Of a DNA stretch of 64,000 nt, positions 19,463 to 29,936 are shown in pieces (the first letter of the stretch is position 1; every line of letters begins with the position of its first letter). A model generated the notes under the pieces. It was not told the DNA's origin and ran no database searches. It saw only the letters and a program-made list of their open reading frames with translations. Source of the stretch: Tepidimonas sp. GTDB taxonomy: Bacteria > Pseudomonadota > Gammaproteobacteria > Burkholderiales > Burkholderiaceae_C. Position numbers and translations under genes: made by a program. The stretch spans positions 190,909 through 254,908 of the forward strand of contig NZ_JBKBQX010000001.1 in the NCBI RefSeq assembly GCF_046292505.1. The letters run 5' to 3'.

Positions 19463-20529
19463 CCGCCCGTGCCTACGACACCACACCCGCCGCGCCGCTG
19501 GCAGCGTCCGCCATCCGCGCCTACTTCGAGGGCGGGGCGGGCGACGAGGTGACGCTGCACGCCAACGTCGCGGCCTGGCGCGCCATCGGCCTGCGTCCGC
19601 GGGTGCTCGCCACCCCGCGGCAGGTGGACACCCAGATCACGCTGCTGGGGCGCCGTTGGCCGACACCCTGGCTGGCCGCGCCCATGGCCCACCTGGCGCT
19701 GGCCCACCCGGATGCCGAACGGGGCCTCGCCCTCGCCTGCGCCGCCCAAGGCGCAGGGCTGGTGCTGTCCACCCAGTCGACCACGGCGCTGGAGTCGGTG
19801 GCGCGGGCGGTGCTGCCCGAGCCACAGCGCGGGCCCCTATGGTTCCAGCTCTATCCATACGGCGAACGCGACGACTGGCTGCGCCTCGTGCAACGGGCCC
19901 ATGGCGCGGGCTACGAGGCGATCGTGCTCACCGTGGACGCCCCAGTGCAATGGGCGGGGGAGCGCGAGCGCGCCAGCGGCTTTGCGCTGCCCGCCGACTG
20001 GCCGCAACCCAACCTGCCTGCCCTTCCCGAAACCGGCACGCTGGAAGCCCTGTTGGCGCGAGCCCCCGACTGGGACGACGTCGCGTGGCTGCGGTCGCAC
20101 AGCCCGCTGCCGCTGCTGCTCAAGGGCATCACCCACCCGGCCGACGCGCAGCGCGCGGCGGCTCTGTGCGACGGGCTCATCGTGTCCAACCACGGCGGGC
20201 GCGTGCTCGACGGCCTGCCCCCGACCGCCGCGCTGCTGCCAGCCGTGGTGGACGCCGTCCGGGGGTGCTGCCCCGTGCTGGTCGATGGCGGCCTGCGCCA
20301 GGCGACGGATGGGCTGAAGGCGCTGGCCCTGGGCGCGGACGCGGTACTGGTCGGTCGGCCGCTGGTGGCCGCCCTGGCCCGAGGTGGTTCCCCTGGCGTG
20401 GCCGCCTTGTGGCGGCGCTGGCACGACGAGCTGCGCGGCGCCATGGCGCTGTGCGGGGCCGCGACCCTCGACGCGCTGACGCCGGCCCTGCTGTGCCATG
20501 GGGCTTTCCACCCACCGGAGTGTCTATGA
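19459..20529 (+). CDS. FMN-dependent alpha-hydroxy-acid oxidase/dehydrogenase family protein
   Basis: Tail of ORF 17506..20529 from the ATG at 19459, which overlaps the piuC stop (ATGA). Family motifs present: [49 protein letters not shown]. Confidence 0.85.
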   Translation: MTARAYDTTPAAPLAASAIRAYFEGGAGDEVTLHANVAAWRAIGLRPRVLATPRQVDTQITLLGRRWPTPWLAAPMAHLALAHPDAERGLALACAAQGAGLVLSTQSTTALESVARAVLPEPQRGPLWFQLYPYGERDDWLRLVQRAHGAGYEAIVLTVDAPVQWAGERERASGFALPADWPQPNLPALPETGTLEALLARAPDWDDVAWLRSHSPLPLLLKGITHPADAQRAAALCDGLIVSNHGGRVLDGLPPTAALLPAVVDAVRGCCPVLVDGGLRQATDGLKALALGADAVLVGRPLVAALARGGSPGVAALWRRWHDELRGAMALCGAATLDALTPALLCHGAFHPPECL

Positions 20530-20600
20530 TCCCGATTGCGGTCCTCTTGGCCAGCCTCGTCCTCGTGCTGCTGGCGACGACCTGGATTCTGAAGGCATGA
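20526..20600 (+). CDS. 24-aa single-TM micro-protein (hypothetical)
   Basis: [24 protein letters not shown]. Its ATG overlaps the oxidase stop and its stop overlaps the tonB ATG (ATGA at both ends). 20 of 23 sense codons end in G or C, as in the flanking genes. Confidence 0.35.
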   Translation: MIPIAVLLASLVLVLLATTWILKA

Positions 20601-21403
20601 TGCGCGCCGCATTCGTCCCCCCGGCCCCTGCGCCGGCTCCGCCACCGCCGGGCCGCGCCACGACCCACCGTACCCGGCTGCCCGGCACGGTGGCGGGGGT
20701 GCTGGCTGCGCATGCTGCGGCCTTGTGGGCCGTGCACGGTGCCTGGAGCGCGCGCTCCCCGTCCCCGCCCGCGCCCACCGTGGTGCAGGCCACTCTGCTG
20801 CCCGCGTCTTCTGCCGCGGCCCCCGCGCCGCCCGCCGCCTCGGTCGAGGCCCCGTCCCCGCCACAGGGGCAGCGGCCCCGCCCTCTGGCCGTCGCCAAGC
20901 GCCCACCCAGCGCGCCGGCCCCTGCGCCCAGCGCAATGCCCGCCCCGAACGCGCCGCCGCCATCCGTTGTGCCGGCAGCATCCCCGCCCGGGCCGGCCGA
21001 TCCGGCGCCCGCTGCGGCCGCCGCCCTTTCCAGCGTGGCACCGTTGCCGTCCGCCGGCTCCGCGTCCACCGCGCCGGCAACCGACGGGTCAACGGCCACT
21101 GCGGCCGCGGCCCCCGCCCGGATCGATCTGCCCTCGGCCAGCGCGGCCTACCTGAGCAATCCACCGCCACCCTATCCACCACTGAGCCGGCGCTTGGGCG
21201 AACAAGGCAAGGTGGTCGTGCGTGTGCGCATCGAGGCCGACGGCACGGCCTCGGCCGCCGAAGTCCGCACCTCCAGCGGCTTCGAGCGGCTGGACCAGGC
21301 CGCGCTGCAAACCGTCCTGCGCTGGAAGTATGTCCCCGGCAAACGCAACGGCGTGCCGGAAGCCATGTGGTATCTGATCCCGATTCAATTCGTCCTGGAG
21401 TGA
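20597..21403 (+). CDS. tonB: energy transducer TonB
   Basis: N-terminal TM anchor, a long Pro/Ala-rich spacer, and a C-terminal domain YPPLSRRLGEQGKVVVRVRIEADG...YVPGKRNG. Confidence 0.85.
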   Translation: MMRAAFVPPAPAPAPPPPGRATTHRTRLPGTVAGVLAAHAAALWAVHGAWSARSPSPPAPTVVQATLLPASSAAAPAPPAASVEAPSPPQGQRPRPLAVAKRPPSAPAPAPSAMPAPNAPPPSVVPAASPPGPADPAPAAAAALSSVAPLPSAGSASTAPATDGSTATAAAAPARIDLPSASAAYLSNPPPPYPPLSRRLGEQGKVVVRVRIEADGTASAAEVRTSSGFERLDQAALQTVLRWKYVPGKRNGVPEAMWYLIPIQFVLE

Positions 21404-21409
21404 CCCCCG

Positions 21410-22159
21410 ATGGAAACCAACCCCACCCCCCCCGCCTTTGGCCTGGCCCACCTGTGGGCCCAGGGCGATGGCGTCATCCGCACCATTGCGGTGCTGCTGT
21501 TGCTGATGTCCGTGGCCTCCTGGGTCGTCATCGTGCTCAAGGCGCTGGACCTGCGCCGTCACCGCACGCAGGCCCGGCAGGTCGAGGCCTTCTGGCACAG
21601 CCGCGACTTCGCCGACGGCCTGGCCCGGCTGGGCGATGGTGGCGACAACCCGTTTTATCTGCTGGCCACGCAAGGCCGTGAGGCGGCGGCGCACATCCGC
21701 GGGCTGGACGGGGAGCGCGCCCCGCAACTGCACGACGGCTTCGACGTCAGCGAGTGGGTCACGCGCGCCCTGCGCCACGCCATCGACGACTTCGTCGCCC
21801 GGCTGCAGGCGGGCCTGTGGATTCTGGCGTCGGTGGGCTCGACCGCCCCGTTCGTGGGGCTGTTCGGGACCGTCTGGGGCATCTACCACGCGCTGATCGG
21901 CATCGGCACCAGCGGCTCGGCGGCCCTGGACCAGGTGGCTGGCCCCATCGGCGAGGCGCTGATCATGACCGCACTGGGCTTGGCCGTGGCCATCCCCGCC
22001 GTCCTCGGCTACAACGCGCTCGTGCGCGGCCACAAGGCCTTGGTGCACCGGGTCAACCGCTTTGCGCACGAACTGCACGCCTACTTCGTGACCGGGGCAC
22101 GGGTCGGGGGTGCGGCCAACGATGGCAAGGTACGCCCCCTGCGCAGCGACGGCCGCTGA
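21410..22159 (+). CDS. exbB: MotA/TolQ/ExbB proton-channel protein
   Basis: Three TM helices, and the conserved LASVGSTAPFVGLFGTVWGI and IGEALIMTALGLAVAIPAV motifs. Confidence 0.9.
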   Translation: METNPTPPAFGLAHLWAQGDGVIRTIAVLLLLMSVASWVVIVLKALDLRRHRTQARQVEAFWHSRDFADGLARLGDGGDNPFYLLATQGREAAAHIRGLDGERAPQLHDGFDVSEWVTRALRHAIDDFVARLQAGLWILASVGSTAPFVGLFGTVWGIYHALIGIGTSGSAALDQVAGPIGEALIMTALGLAVAIPAVLGYNALVRGHKALVHRVNRFAHELHAYFVTGARVGGAANDGKVRPLRSDGR

Positions 22160-22183
22160 CCGCCCGCACGACGGAGACCGACC

Positions 22184-22594
22184 ATGGCGTTTTCTCTCAA
22201 CGACCCGGACGACGGCGAATTGCTCAGCGAAATCAACATGATTCCGCTGATCGACGTAATGCTGGTGCTGCTGATCGTGTTTCTGATCACCATCCCGGTG
22301 ATGAAACATGCGGTGCCGGTGGACCTGCCGAAAGCGGCGGCGCAAAAGCAGGCACCGGCCCCCGAGGCCGTCCGGCTGACCATCGACGCCGACGGCCGCT
22401 ACCTGTGGAACGACACGCCGGTGAGCGATGCGGAACTGGCGACGCGCCTGGCCGAAGCCGCCGCCCAGGACCCGCAGCCCCCGCTGCACTTGCACGGGGA
22501 CCGCGCGGTGCGCTACGAGCGGGTGGCGCAGGCGTTGGCCGCAGCCCAGCGCGCCGGGCTGCACGGCATTGGCTTCGTCACCGAGCAGCCGTGA
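22184..22594 (+). CDS. exbD: biopolymer transporter ExbD
   Basis: 136 aa with EINMIPLIDVMLVLLIVFL (conserved Asp in the TM segment) and a periplasmic domain. Confidence 0.9.
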   Translation: MAFSLNDPDDGELLSEINMIPLIDVMLVLLIVFLITIPVMKHAVPVDLPKAAAQKQAPAPEAVRLTIDADGRYLWNDTPVSDAELATRLAEAAAQDPQPPLHLHGDRAVRYERVAQALAAAQRAGLHGIGFVTEQP

Positions 22595-22628
22595 ACGCGG
22601 CGCCCGCCGCGCGCTTCACGGCGCGGGG

Positions 22629-23036
22629 TCACAGCCCGAGCGCGGCGATCCCGGCGCGGGCGATCTGGGCGTCCTCGCTCGACTTGACCCCGCTGACGCC
22701 AACGGCGCCGATCACCTCGCCCTCGTGGATGATCGGCACGCCGCCTTCCAGCAGGCCTTCCAGTGTGGGCGCAGACAAAAAGGACGTGCGCCCCTGGTTG
22801 ATGACGTCCTCGTAGACCTTGCTCTCGCGACGCCCCAGGGCCGCCGTGCGGGCCTTGGCCGGTGCGATGTGAGCCGAAACGGGGGCGGCGCCATCCAGAC
22901 GCTGCAGCCACAGCAAATGGCCGCCCTCGTCCACGATGGCGATGGTGACCGCCCAGTGGTTTTTCAGGGCCTCCGCTTCGGCGGCGGCGGCGATGGCCTT
23001 GACGTCGGCGAGTTCGAGCACGGCGCGGGATTTCAT
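22629..23036 (-). CDS. GlcG/HbpS-like heme-binding (DUF336) protein
   Basis: WAVTIAIVDEGGHLL, A..KARTAA and GGVPI...GEVIGAVGVSG motifs. The ATG at 23036 is preferred over 23069. Confidence 0.8.
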   Translation of the reverse strand: MKSRAVLELADVKAIAAAAEAEALKNHWAVTIAIVDEGGHLLWLQRLDGAAPVSAHIAPAKARTAALGRRESKVYEDVINQGRTSFLSAPTLEGLLEGGVPIIHEGEVIGAVGVSGVKSSEDAQIARAGIAALGL

Positions 23037-23121
23037 GAACTTCTCTTCCGCAAAAGATTCAAACGGCAAGCAAGCTTAGCGCATTGCCCCTTGTCCCTCT
23101 CACCATAGGAGTGATCGATCC

Positions 23122-23811
23122 ATGAGTCTGACCACCGTCTCCACGCGCCCGGGCACCGCCGTCGCCGGCGGCGAACGCCAGCGCGTGCTGCGCAACACCT
23201 ACTGGCTGCTGGCGCTGAGCCTGGTGCCCACGGTGCTGGGCGCCTGGATCGGGGTGAGCACCGGCATCACAGCAGCCCTGTCCGGCGGCGTCGGTGTGCT
23301 GGTGTTCCTGGCGGGTGCCTTCGGCTTCATGTTCGCCATCGAGCGCACCAAGCATTCGGCCACGGGCGTGGCCGTGCTGCTGGCCTTCACCTTCTTCATG
23401 GGGTTGATGCTGTCGCGCCTGCTGGCCGCGGTGCTGGGCCTGAGCAACGGGGCGCAGCTCATCATGACGGCCTTCGGCGGCACGGCCGGGGTGTTTTTCG
23501 TGATGGCCAACTTGGCATCGATCGTCAAGCGCGACCTCGACGGCCTGGCCAAATGGCTGTTCTTCGGCGCCATCGTGCTGCTGATCGGCGGACTGGTCAA
23601 CGTCTTCGTCGGCAGCACCGCGTTCATGGCGGCCCTGTCGGTCATGGCCATCGGCATCTTCAGCGCCTTTTTGCTGGTGGACCTCAAGCGCATCATCGAC
23701 GGCGGCGAGACCAACTACATCACCGCCACGCTCGCGCTGTACCTGAGCCTGTTCAACATCTTCCAAAGCCTGCTCGCTCTGCTGGGCATCTTTGGCGGCG
23801 AACGGGACTGA
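23122..23811 (+). CDS. Bax inhibitor-1/YccA family membrane protein
   Basis: 229 aa with 7 TM segments, N-terminal RNTYWLLALSL and a C-terminal LYLSLFNIFQSLLALLG pattern. Confidence 0.9.
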   Translation: MSLTTVSTRPGTAVAGGERQRVLRNTYWLLALSLVPTVLGAWIGVSTGITAALSGGVGVLVFLAGAFGFMFAIERTKHSATGVAVLLAFTFFMGLMLSRLLAAVLGLSNGAQLIMTAFGGTAGVFFVMANLASIVKRDLDGLAKWLFFGAIVLLIGGLVNVFVGSTAFMAALSVMAIGIFSAFLLVDLKRIIDGGETNYITATLALYLSLFNIFQSLLALLGIFGGERD

Positions 23812-24006
23812 TCGCAGCCAGCCTGGGACCGGGCTACCTCCGCCGCGCCAAGCGGGTCAAAAGCGACGGCTTTGGCCCGCTTTTTGACGCATGGATGGGG
23901 GTAGCCAGCCTCTCCCCGGTGGCCGACAATCCCCACCATGCGCTTGCTCACCGTCGTGCCCACGCCGTCCCCAGCGCCACCCGCCGCGTCCCGGCGGGTT
24001 CGGGCC

Positions 24007-24444
24007 ATGGCGGCCTTGCTCGCCTGCTCGGCGCTGCTGGGGGGGTGTGACATGCTGGGCATCGATACCCCCGCCAAGCAGGCGGCGCGCCGCGAGGCCG
24101 ACGGGCGCGCGATCGGCGCGGGCTGCCGCCACACCCAGCGCAGCCTGGAAGACTGTTACGCCGCCAACCCGCGGGCGGCCAAAGCGGCGATCTTTGCCGG
24201 TTGGCGCGAAATGGATGAATACATGCGGGAAAACGACATCCCCGCGATGCCACCGGCACCGGCGCCACCCGTCCAGCCGGCCGAATCCACCGGCCCGAGC
24301 GAGGAGGTCGTCAGCCCCTCCCCAGCCAAACCGTCGGCGCCACCCGCGACCCCGCCCACCGGCAGCATCGTTCCGCGCATTGCACCACCCGCTCCGGCCA
24401 CCGCGCGGCCCTCCGCCCCTGCCGCCCCCACCGCCAATCGCTGA
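24007..24444 (+). CDS. hypothetical lipoprotein with a Pro-rich C-terminus
   Basis: Lipobox LLGGC after MAALLACSA. No family recognised. The upstream ATG at 23938 is an alternative start. Confidence 0.5.
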   Translation: MAALLACSALLGGCDMLGIDTPAKQAARREADGRAIGAGCRHTQRSLEDCYAANPRAAKAAIFAGWREMDEYMRENDIPAMPPAPAPPVQPAESTGPSEEVVSPSPAKPSAPPATPPTGSIVPRIAPPAPATARPSAPAAPTANR

Positions 24445-24483
24445 CCGCGCGCGTGGCCCGCGCATGGCCGCAGCGGTCCATCC

Positions 24484-25992
24484 TCAGCGATCGTCCGGCC
24501 GGTCGAACACCGCGATGCTTTCGACGTGCGCCGTGTGGGGGAACATATTGACCACGCCCGCCGCCGTACAACGATAACCTGCCTGATGCACGAGCAAGCC
24601 CGCATCGCGGGCCAGGGTGGCGGGATTGCAACTGACGTACACGATGCGTCGCGGGGGACGCCATGGCTCGCCGGTCCGGGTGGGAACCGCTTGCGAACCG
24701 GCCAGGGCGGCCTGGTGCAGATCGGCCAGCGCCTTGGCCAGCGCAAACGCGCCTTCGCGCGGCGGGTCCACCAGCCAGCGATCGGCCACGCCGTCGGCCA
24801 CCAGTTGCGCCGGCGTCATCTCGAACAGATTGCGCGCGACGAACGTGGTTGGCGCCAATCCCCCGCGCCGGGCCTGGTTGCGCTGCCAGTTTTCGCGCGA
24901 ACGCGCCACCAGGGCCTCGCTGCCCTCGATGCCCAGCACCTCGCCCGCCTGGGTCGCCAACGGCAGCGTGAAATTGCCCAGCCCGCAGAACCAGTCGATG
25001 ACGCGCTCGTCGCGGCCCGCCTGCAACAGCCGCAGCGCGCGCGCGACCAGCACGCGGTTGATGTGCGGATTGACCTGGGTGAAATCGGTGGGCCGAAACG
25101 GCATGACCAGACCAAACTCCGGCAGGCCATACGACAGTTCGGGCGTGCCATCGTCCGGGTCCAGCCGGTGCACGCTGTCCGGCCCTTTGGGCTGCAGCCA
25201 CCATTGCACGGCGGCATCGGCGTGCGCCCGGGCAAAGTCGCGCAGGCGCTGCCGGTCCGCGTCGGACAAGGGCTCCAGGTGCCGCAACACCAGGGCCGTC
25301 ACGCCGTCCCCGCAGGCCAGCTCGATTTGGGGGCAGGTCTCTCGTGCGTCCATGCCCATGAGCAGGCCGCGCAGCGGCCGCAGCAGGGCGCTCACATGCG
25401 ACGGCAGCACGGCGCACATGTCCATATCCGCCACATAGCGGCTCTTGCGCTCGTGAAAACCGATCAGCACGTCGCCCTTTTTGGCGACATAACGCACCGA
25501 CAAGCGCGCGCGCCAACGGTACCCCCAGGCGGGCCCGGCAATCGGGCGCAGCACCTGCTGCGGCCGCACCTTGCCCAGCCGCCACAGATTGTCTTCCAGC
25601 ACGCGCTGCTTGATGGCCACCTGCGCCAGCGGCTCCAGATGCTGCATCTTGCAACCGCCGCAGGCCCCCGCGTGCATGCCGAAATGCGCGCACCGCGGCG
25701 CGACGCGCAGGGGCGAGGCGCGGTGCAGCGTGCGCAGCTCGGCCGCCTCCCACTGGTTTTTGCGGCGGGTGACCTGCACCTCCACCCATTCCCCGGGCAG
25801 AGCGCCCTCGACGAAAACCACCTTGCCGTCCGGCCGGCGCGCGATGCCCTGCGCCTCCAGGTCCAGGGCCTGGACGCCCAGCGCATCGACCGGAATGCCC
25901 GGGGGACGCGGGAAGTCGGTCGCGGGTTCGCTGGGGGTGGCGGAGGCGTCGCCGGGCTGGCTGCCGGCGCTCCAATCGGGGGCCTGGCTCAT
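24484..25992 (-). CDS. rlmD: 23S rRNA (uracil1939-C5)-methyltransferase
   Basis: TRAM domain, a 4-Cys cluster ([18 protein letters not shown]), SAM motif ([14 protein letters not shown]), and a C-terminal catalytic Cys region ([22 protein letters not shown]). Confidence 0.9.
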   Translation of the reverse strand: MSQAPDWSAGSQPGDASATPSEPATDFPRPPGIPVDALGVQALDLEAQGIARRPDGKVVFVEGALPGEWVEVQVTRRKNQWEAAELRTLHRASPLRVAPRCAHFGMHAGACGGCKMQHLEPLAQVAIKQRVLEDNLWRLGKVRPQQVLRPIAGPAWGYRWRARLSVRYVAKKGDVLIGFHERKSRYVADMDMCAVLPSHVSALLRPLRGLLMGMDARETCPQIELACGDGVTALVLRHLEPLSDADRQRLRDFARAHADAAVQWWLQPKGPDSVHRLDPDDGTPELSYGLPEFGLVMPFRPTDFTQVNPHINRVLVARALRLLQAGRDERVIDWFCGLGNFTLPLATQAGEVLGIEGSEALVARSRENWQRNQARRGGLAPTTFVARNLFEMTPAQLVADGVADRWLVDPPREGAFALAKALADLHQAALAGSQAVPTRTGEPWRPPRRIVYVSCNPATLARDAGLLVHQAGYRCTAAGVVNMFPHTAHVESIAVFDRPDDR

Positions 25993-26957
25993 CAGCGGCT
26001 CGGCAGCAAGCTCAGCGGATCGATGGGTTTGCCCTGCCGCCGCACCTCGAAGTGCAGCTTTACCCGATCGGCATCGCTGCTGCCCATTTCGGCGATCTTC
26101 TGCCCTTGCCGGACCGTCTGGTCCTCGCGCACCAGCAAGGTCTGGTTGTGGGCGTAGGCCGTCAAGTACGTGTTGTTGTGCTTCAGGATGATCAGATTGC
26201 CGTAGCCGCGCAGATCCGAGCCGGCATAGACCACGCGCCCGTCAGCCGCGGCCAGCACGGGGTCCCCGGCTCGGCCGCCGATGCCGACCCCCTTGCTGCG
26301 GGTTTCGTCGAAGTGGTAGAGCACCGGACCACGCGCCGGCCAGACCAGGGCGATCGCTTCACCGTTGGCTGCAGGGGCGGGCGTGGGCGCCGACGCCGGT
26401 GCAGCGGCGGGGGCAGGAGCGCTGGCGGTCGGCGGCCGCGATCCCGCCGCCCCCGCCGACGTGGCCGCGGGTGCGCTGGGGGTGTTGGCGGTATTGGCGG
26501 CATCGAGCGGCCGCGCCTGGACACTGGCCCCGGTGACGGGCTGGGTGGTCACGGCGGCCGTGGCCGCGGCGGGCGTGGCGCCCGGGGGCACCACGCGCAG
26601 CACCTGCCCCACCTCGATCAGATGGGGATTGGTCAGCCCGTTCCAGGCCGCGATGTCGCGCCAGCTCTGTCCCTGCTCCAGACCAATGCGGTACAGGGTG
26701 TCACCGGGGCGAACCGTGTAATAGCCCGGCTTGCCGGCGTTTTCGCTGCCGGGCGGGGCGGCGACGGGCGCAGCCGGCGCAGAACCGCTGGCCGACGTTG
26801 GTGCGGGCACAGGCGAGCGATCGACGACCGGCGCCTGCCGCGCCGGCTGCTTGGGTGCGGCGCAGCCGGCCAACACCAGGGCGACGCCCAGCAGCGCCCC
26901 GCACAGTCGGGTCGCAACGGCGGTCGAGGCCAGGGTCGCGTGTCGTTGGCGATTCAT
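25992..26957 (-). CDS. nlpD: LysM/M23 murein hydrolase activator lipoprotein (NlpD-like)
   Basis: Lipobox LAGC, LysM domain ([14 protein letters not shown]...), a Pro/Ala-rich linker and an M23 domain. Sits in the conserved position after pcm. Confidence 0.9.
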   Translation of the reverse strand: MNRQRHATLASTAVATRLCGALLGVALVLAGCAAPKQPARQAPVVDRSPVPAPTSASGSAPAAPVAAPPGSENAGKPGYYTVRPGDTLYRIGLEQGQSWRDIAAWNGLTNPHLIEVGQVLRVVPPGATPAAATAAVTTQPVTGASVQARPLDAANTANTPSAPAATSAGAAGSRPPTASAPAPAAAPASAPTPAPAANGEAIALVWPARGPVLYHFDETRSKGVGIGGRAGDPVLAAADGRVVYAGSDLRGYGNLIILKHNNTYLTAYAHNQTLLVREDQTVRQGQKIAEMGSSDADRVKLHFEVRRQGKPIDPLSLLPSR

Positions 26958-26975
26958 CGGTGCGTACGTCCTCCG

Positions 26976-27800
26976 TCAAGCAACCCCGGATTTTAGGGGG
27001 ACGAACCACACACCCTCGAGCACTTGGCGCTCGAACCCCCGCGGCGTGCGCTCCACCACCACCAGGCTTTGCCGGCCCGGCTGGAGTTCGGCCGGGGCCA
27101 CCAGCCGCGCCCCTACCGCGAGCTGCTCCAGCCACGCGGGCGGAACGTCCTCGCCGCCGGCCGCGGCGATGATGCCGGCGTAGGGTGCCCCTTGCGCAAA
27201 CCCCGGCATGCCGTCGCCGAAAATCAAATGAATATTCGGAATGCGCAGCGGCCGCAGGTTCTCGCGCGCCTTGTCGTGCAGCGCCCGCAGGCGCTCCATG
27301 CTGTAGACCTCGCGGCACAGGTGCGACAGCAGGGCCGCCTGGTAGCCGCAGCCAGTGCCGATCTCCAGCACGCGGCCCAGCGGCAACGATCGCCCCGCGC
27401 ACAGCAGCTCCAGCATGCGCCCGACGACGCTCGGCTTGGAAATCGTCTGTCCCCAGCCGATCGGCAGGCTGGTGTCCTCGTAAGCCTGGGCCGCCAGCGC
27501 GGAATCGACGAAACGGTGGCGCTCCACCCGCTCGAAGGCCTGCAGCACGGCGGGGTGCGTGATTCCCTGCTCGGCCAGCCGCCCGACCATCGCGCGCCGC
27601 ACGGCCGCCGAATCCAGCCCCACGCCCGCCGCCGGCGGGGTGGCCCGCTCCGGCCGGCGCGCCGCTGCACTGCCCGGCGTACCAGGACGACCACCGACCG
27701 CTGCCGGCGCCACCCGCTCCAGGGTCGCCGGAAACCGTGGCCGCGTGCCCGCTGCCGGGGGCGCGGCCGGAGAGACGGGGTCGGGCCGCGGCTTTACCAT
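26976..27800 (-). CDS. pcm: protein-L-isoaspartate O-methyltransferase
   Basis: Core motifs [31 protein letters not shown] and [14 protein letters not shown]. Carries a Pro/Ala-rich N-terminal extension from the ATG at 27800. Confidence 0.9.
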   Translation of the reverse strand: MVKPRPDPVSPAAPPAAGTRPRFPATLERVAPAAVGGRPGTPGSAAARRPERATPPAAGVGLDSAAVRRAMVGRLAEQGITHPAVLQAFERVERHRFVDSALAAQAYEDTSLPIGWGQTISKPSVVGRMLELLCAGRSLPLGRVLEIGTGCGYQAALLSHLCREVYSMERLRALHDKARENLRPLRIPNIHLIFGDGMPGFAQGAPYAGIIAAAGGEDVPPAWLEQLAVGARLVAPAELQPGRQSLVVVERTPRGFERQVLEGVWFVPLKSGVA

Positions 27801-28687
27801 GGGCGCTGGTCTGGGTGGTTTGTCTGGGGGATATCGGAGGTGTGGGTCCCATGGGCCCCGGCCGCTGGTCCGAGCGCCCCGACACCGGCCACAGCGGACA
27901 AGGCAGCAGCGGTCTGGGCCCAGTAGGCCAGCCGGCCATGGTCCGTCAGGTCGATCTGCAGTGGTGTGATCGACGCATAGCCCTGGCGCGTGGCGTGAAA
28001 ATCCGTGCCCTCGGCATCGTCCTTGGCCGGGCCGGCCGCACCGATCCAGTACATGGTTTCGCCGCGCGGATTGACCTGGGTGATCACCGGCTCGGCCGCA
28101 TGGCGACGCCCCAGTCGGGCAACCTTGAAGCCACGGATGGCCTCGCGCGGCAAACTGGGGATGTTGACATTGAGCAGCCACGGGCCGGGATGGGCGGCAT
28201 CGGGCGCGGCATCGGCCATGGCGCGGCGATGGGCCTCGGCGGCCGGCTGTAGGGCCCGCACCAGCTCCGCAGCCAGGGAGGCGGCAGTGTCCAAATGGGC
28301 CCAGCCCTTTTCCGTCAAAGAAAACGCAATGCCCGGAATGCCGAACAGATAGCCCTCCATGGCCGCGCCCACGGTCCCCGAGTAGATCGTGTCGTCGCCC
28401 ATGTTGGCCCCGTTGTTGATGCCGGAGACGACCAGATCGGGCCGGTAGTCGAGCAGCCCCGTGAGCGCGATGTGCACGCAGTCGGCCGGGGTGCCGTTGA
28501 CATAGCGCACCCCGGGGGAGGCGCGGTGCACATACAGCGGAGCGTTGAGCGTCAGCGCGTTGGATTTGGCGCTGTTGTTGTGCTCGGGCGCCACGACCTC
28601 GACGTCGGCAAACGCGGACAGCGCGCGGGCCAGCGCCACGATGCCCGGCGCCTGGTAGCCGTCGTCGTTGGAGAGCAGGATCCTCAT
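27794..28687 (-). CDS. surE: 5'/3'-nucleotidase SurE
   Basis: [42 protein letters not shown]. Start at the ATG at 28687. The C-terminal extension overlaps the pcm start by 7 nt. Confidence 0.9.
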   Translation of the reverse strand: MRILLSNDDGYQAPGIVALARALSAFADVEVVAPEHNNSAKSNALTLNAPLYVHRASPGVRYVNGTPADCVHIALTGLLDYRPDLVVSGINNGANMGDDTIYSGTVGAAMEGYLFGIPGIAFSLTEKGWAHLDTAASLAAELVRALQPAAEAHRRAMADAAPDAAHPGPWLLNVNIPSLPREAIRGFKVARLGRRHAAEPVITQVNPRGETMYWIGAAGPAKDDAEGTDFHATRQGYASITPLQIDLTDHGRLAYWAQTAAALSAVAGVGALGPAAGAHGTHTSDIPQTNHPDQRPW

Positions 28688-28801
28688 GGCGAGGCATTGT
28701 AGGCGGCCCGACCGCAACGCCGGTGACACCCCTGGGGGGCGCCCGCCCCTATGATGCCGCGGCACCCCCGCAAACCACACATCATCCCAAGGAGACACCG
28801 G

Positions 28802-29794
28802 ATGCACGCCTGGCTGTGCGAAAACCCCGTGGGCGTCGACGCCCTGACCTGGAAGGAACTGCCGACCCCGACCCCGGGCCCGGGCGAGGTGCTGGTCGAG
28901 ATCGCGGCCGCGAGCCTCAACTTCCCCGATCTGCTGATCGTTCAGAACAAGTACCAGTTCAAGCCCCCGCTGCCGTTCGTGCCGGGATCGGAGTACGCCG
29001 GAACCGTCCGTGCCGTCGGCCCGGGCGTGACGCATCTGCAGCCGGGCCAGCCGATCGCCTGCCTGAGCGGCACCGGGGGGTTTGGCACCCACACCCTGGC
29101 GCCGGCCGAACGGTGCATCCCGCTGCCCGCGGCATTCGACCTGACGGACGCCGCGGCGTTCATCATGACCTATGCCACGTCCTACCACGCCCTGATCGAC
29201 CGGGCGGCGCTGCAGCCGGGCGAAACGGTGCTGGTGCTCGGCGCGGCGGGGGGTGTGGGGACCGCGGCCATCCAGATCGCCAAACACCACGGCGCCCGGG
29301 TCATCGCCGCCGCTTCCAGCGCCGAAAAATGCGCCCTGGCGCAACGCCTGGGGGCCGATGCAACGCTGGATTACTCGATCCACACCGCGGGCGGCAGCTT
29401 TCGCGACGAGATCAAGCGGCTGACCGAAGGCCGAGGGCCGGATGTGATCTACGACCCGGTGGGCGGCGATCTGGCCGAGCCCGCCTTCCGTTCGATCGCT
29501 TGGCGGGGCCGCTACCTGGTGGTCGGCTTCGCGTCGGGCCCCATTCCTCAACTGCCGCTGAACCTGCCGCTGCTCAAGGGCGCGTCGCTGGTGGGTGTGT
29601 TCTGGGGCGACTTCGCCCGCCGCGAGCCCCAGGCCAACGCCGCGATGCTGCAGACGCTGGCGCAGTGGTATCTGAAGGGCCACATCAAGCCCGTGATCGA
29701 CCGCGTGCTGCCCATGGAACAGTTGCCCCAAGCCTACGCCTTGATGGCATCGCGCCGGGTGATGGGCAAGGTGGTGCTGCGCAACGCGCACTAG
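28802..29794 (+). CDS. NADPH:quinone oxidoreductase (zeta-crystallin/MDR family)
   Basis: [26 protein letters not shown], and the nucleotide fold [17 protein letters not shown]. No structural-zinc Cys cluster. Confidence 0.85.
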   Translation: MHAWLCENPVGVDALTWKELPTPTPGPGEVLVEIAAASLNFPDLLIVQNKYQFKPPLPFVPGSEYAGTVRAVGPGVTHLQPGQPIACLSGTGGFGTHTLAPAERCIPLPAAFDLTDAAAFIMTYATSYHALIDRAALQPGETVLVLGAAGGVGTAAIQIAKHHGARVIAAASSAEKCALAQRLGADATLDYSIHTAGGSFRDEIKRLTEGRGPDVIYDPVGGDLAEPAFRSIAWRGRYLVVGFASGPIPQLPLNLPLLKGASLVGVFWGDFARREPQANAAMLQTLAQWYLKGHIKPVIDRVLPMEQLPQAYALMASRRVMGKVVLRNAH

Positions 29795-29810
29795 AATCGC
29801 GGTTTTCAAA

Positions 29811-29936
29811 CGTCGCCAGGGGAGCCCTGAGCCGCCGTGACCGGCGCGCAACGGGCTGAGAGTGGGCGTGGGCCATGGGGGCCGACGACCAGACCCTGGA
29901 ACCTGATCCGGTTCGTACCGGCGGAGGAAGTGCGAC
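29811..29936 (+). ncRNA. TPP (THI-box) riboswitch
   Basis: Conserved elements read directly: CAGGGGAGC..., CTGAGA (29866-29871), and ACCCTGGAACCTGATCCGGTTCGTACCGGCGGAGGAAG. P1 pairs GTCGC (29812-29816) with GCGAC (29932-29936). The GGAGGAAG Shine-Dalgarno sequence is embedded in the aptamer 3' side, directly before the ATG at 29937. Confidence 0.85.

Noticed and set aside
23852-23890. Imperfect inverted repeat GCGGGTCAAAAGCG...CGCTTTTTGACGC downstream of the BI-1 family gene.
   Set aside because: It could be a terminator-like hairpin with a 12-nt loop or an operator. It is imperfect, a single copy and without context, so I did not call it.
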